Part shown: piece by piece, positions 38,296-39,543 of the stretch
Layout: the number at the start of each line of letters is the position of its first letter
Numbering within the stretch: the stretch's first letter is position 1
Source: a virus
Taxonomy: Duplodnaviria > Heunggongvirae > Uroviricota > Caudoviricetes
DNA: 39,543 nt
IMG/VR virus record: IMGVR_UViG_2541047868_000004
Reading direction: 5' to 3' (one strand)
Position numbers and translations under genes: made by a program
Notes under the pieces: model-generated
The model's input: the letters and a program-made list of their open reading frames with translations, nothing else
The model's database searches: none
What the model was told of the DNA's origin: nothing

Positions 38296-39543
38296 TTATA
38301 TTGCTGAAGGTACTGGCGTTTCCATCACTATTTGCTCACGTTTTTTACTCAGGAAGAAAATGCCAAATAGCAACATCAGGCAGACAATACCCGAAATTGC
38401 GAAAAAAACCGTCTGGTAGCCTGCGTGGTCAAAGAGTATCCCAGTCGGCGTTGAAAGCAGCACAATCCCCAACGAACTGGCAATTTGAAAACCAATCAGA
38501 AAGATCGTCGACGACAGGCGCTTATCAAAATTTGCCACGCTGTATTTGAAGACGGATATGACACAAAGTGGAACCTCAATGGCATGTAACAGCTTCACTA
38601 ATGAAATAATCCAGGGGTTAACGAATAGCGCGCAGGAAAGGATACGCAACGCCATAATCACAACACCGATAAGTAATGCATTTTTTGGCCCTACCCGATT
38701 CACAAAGAAAGGAATAATCGCCATGCACAGCGCTTCGAGTACCACCTGGAATGAGTTGAGATAACCATACAGGCGCGTTCCTACATCGTGGGATTCGAAT
38801 AAACCTGCATAAAAGACAGGAAAGAGTTGTTGATCAAAAATGTTATAGAAAGACCACGTCCCCACAATAAATATGACGAAAACCCAGAAGTTTCGATCCT
38901 TGAAAACTGCGATAAAATCCTCTTTTTTTACCCCTCCCACATCCGCCGCTACGCACTGGTGTTCCTGCTCTTTAAAACGCATGTTGATCATCATAAATAC
39001 AGCGCCAAATAGAGAGACCAACCAGAAGTTGATATGGGGACTGATACTAAAAAATATGCCAGCAAAGAATGCGCCAATAGCATAGCCAAAAGATCCCCAG
39101 GCGCGCGCTGTTCCATATTCGAAATGAAAATTTCGCGCCATTTTTTCGGTGAAGCTGTCAAGCAAACCGCATCCCGCCAGATACCCCAGACCAAAAAAGA
39201 GCGCCCCCAGAATTAAACCTACAGAAAAATTGCTTTGCAGTAACGGTTCATAAACGTAAATCATAAACGGTCCGGTCAAGACCAAGATGAAACTCATACA
39301 CCAGATGAGCGGTTTCTTCAGACCGAGTTTATCCTGAACGATGCCGTAGAACATCATAAATAGAATGCTGGTAAACTGGTTGACCGAATAAAGTGTACCT
39401 AATTCCGTCCCTGTCAACCCTAGATGTCCTTTCAGCCAAATAGCGTATAATGACCACCACAGCGACCAGGAAATAAAAAAGAGAAATGAGTAACTGGATG
39501 CAAAACGATAGTACGCATTTCTGAATGGAATATTCAGTGCCAT
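38296..39543 (-). CDS. cscB: LacY-family oligosaccharide:H+ symporter (sucrose permease CscB-like); host gene
   Basis: 415 aa; 12-TM MFS transporter; sequence recalled as essentially CscB; gene starts exactly at window end. Confidence 0.75.
   Translation of the reverse strand: MALNIPFRNAYYRFASSYSFLFFISWSLWWSLYAIWLKGHLGLTGTELGTLYSVNQFTSILFMMFYGIVQDKLGLKKPLIWCMSFILVLTGPFMIYVYEPLLQSNFSVGLILGALFFGLGYLAGCGLLDSFTEKMARNFHFEYGTARAWGSFGYAIGAFFAGIFFSISPHINFWLVSLFGAVFMMINMRFKEQEHQCVAADVGGVKKEDFIAVFKDRNFWVFVIFIVGTWSFYNIFDQQLFPVFYAGLFESHDVGTRLYGYLNSFQVVLEALCMAIIPFFVNRVGPKNALLIGVVIMALRILSCALFVNPWIISLVKLLHAIEVPLCVISVFKYSVANFDKRLSSTIFLIGFQIASSLGIVLLSTPTGILFDHAGYQTVFFAISGIVCLMLLFGIFFLSKKREQIVMETPVPSAI

Overview
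The window is almost entirely one complete P22/Sf6-like (lambdoid, podovirus-type) prophage, about 1..37856, followed by a short non-phage segment and the start of a LacY-family sugar permease gene (CscB-like, 38296..39543, minus strand). Layout: a tyrosine integrase (1..1158) converges on the tailspike gene; an orphan mnt repressor and two divergent lipoprotein genes follow; then on the minus strand the ejection proteins, tail needle, tail accessory factors, coat, scaffold, portal, TerL and Sf6-type TerS; a T5orf172-domain moron; the lysis cassette (pinholin, SAR endolysin, Rz/Rz1); an HNH-AP2 endonuclease; Q; the nin region (ninH, rusA, ybcO-like, ninF, ninE, ninD, ninB, plus a second HNH-AP2 endonuclease inserted at the 5' end of ninB); DnaB-like helicase; an initiator gene with internal ori iterons; and lambda-type cII, nutR and cro. 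On the plus strand come the cI-type repressor with a co-transcribed small membrane protein, OL operators, lambda-type nutL and N, an antisense zinc-ribbon gene, RecT and a Gp157-like gene, several small early genes, an AlpA-like xis, and an attR core matching the 3' end of tRNA-Arg (argW, recalled from memory). No rRNA, CRISPR array or IS element was seen. Protein identifications rest on recalled similarity to lambda, P22, Sf6, P21 and E. coli K-12 proteins, not on searches. The candidates for undescribed functions are the accessory (moron) loci: the antisense zinc-ribbon cassette after N, the cI-linked membrane protein, the lipoprotein pair at the sieA position, the T5orf172 protein, and the two HNH endonuclease insertions.
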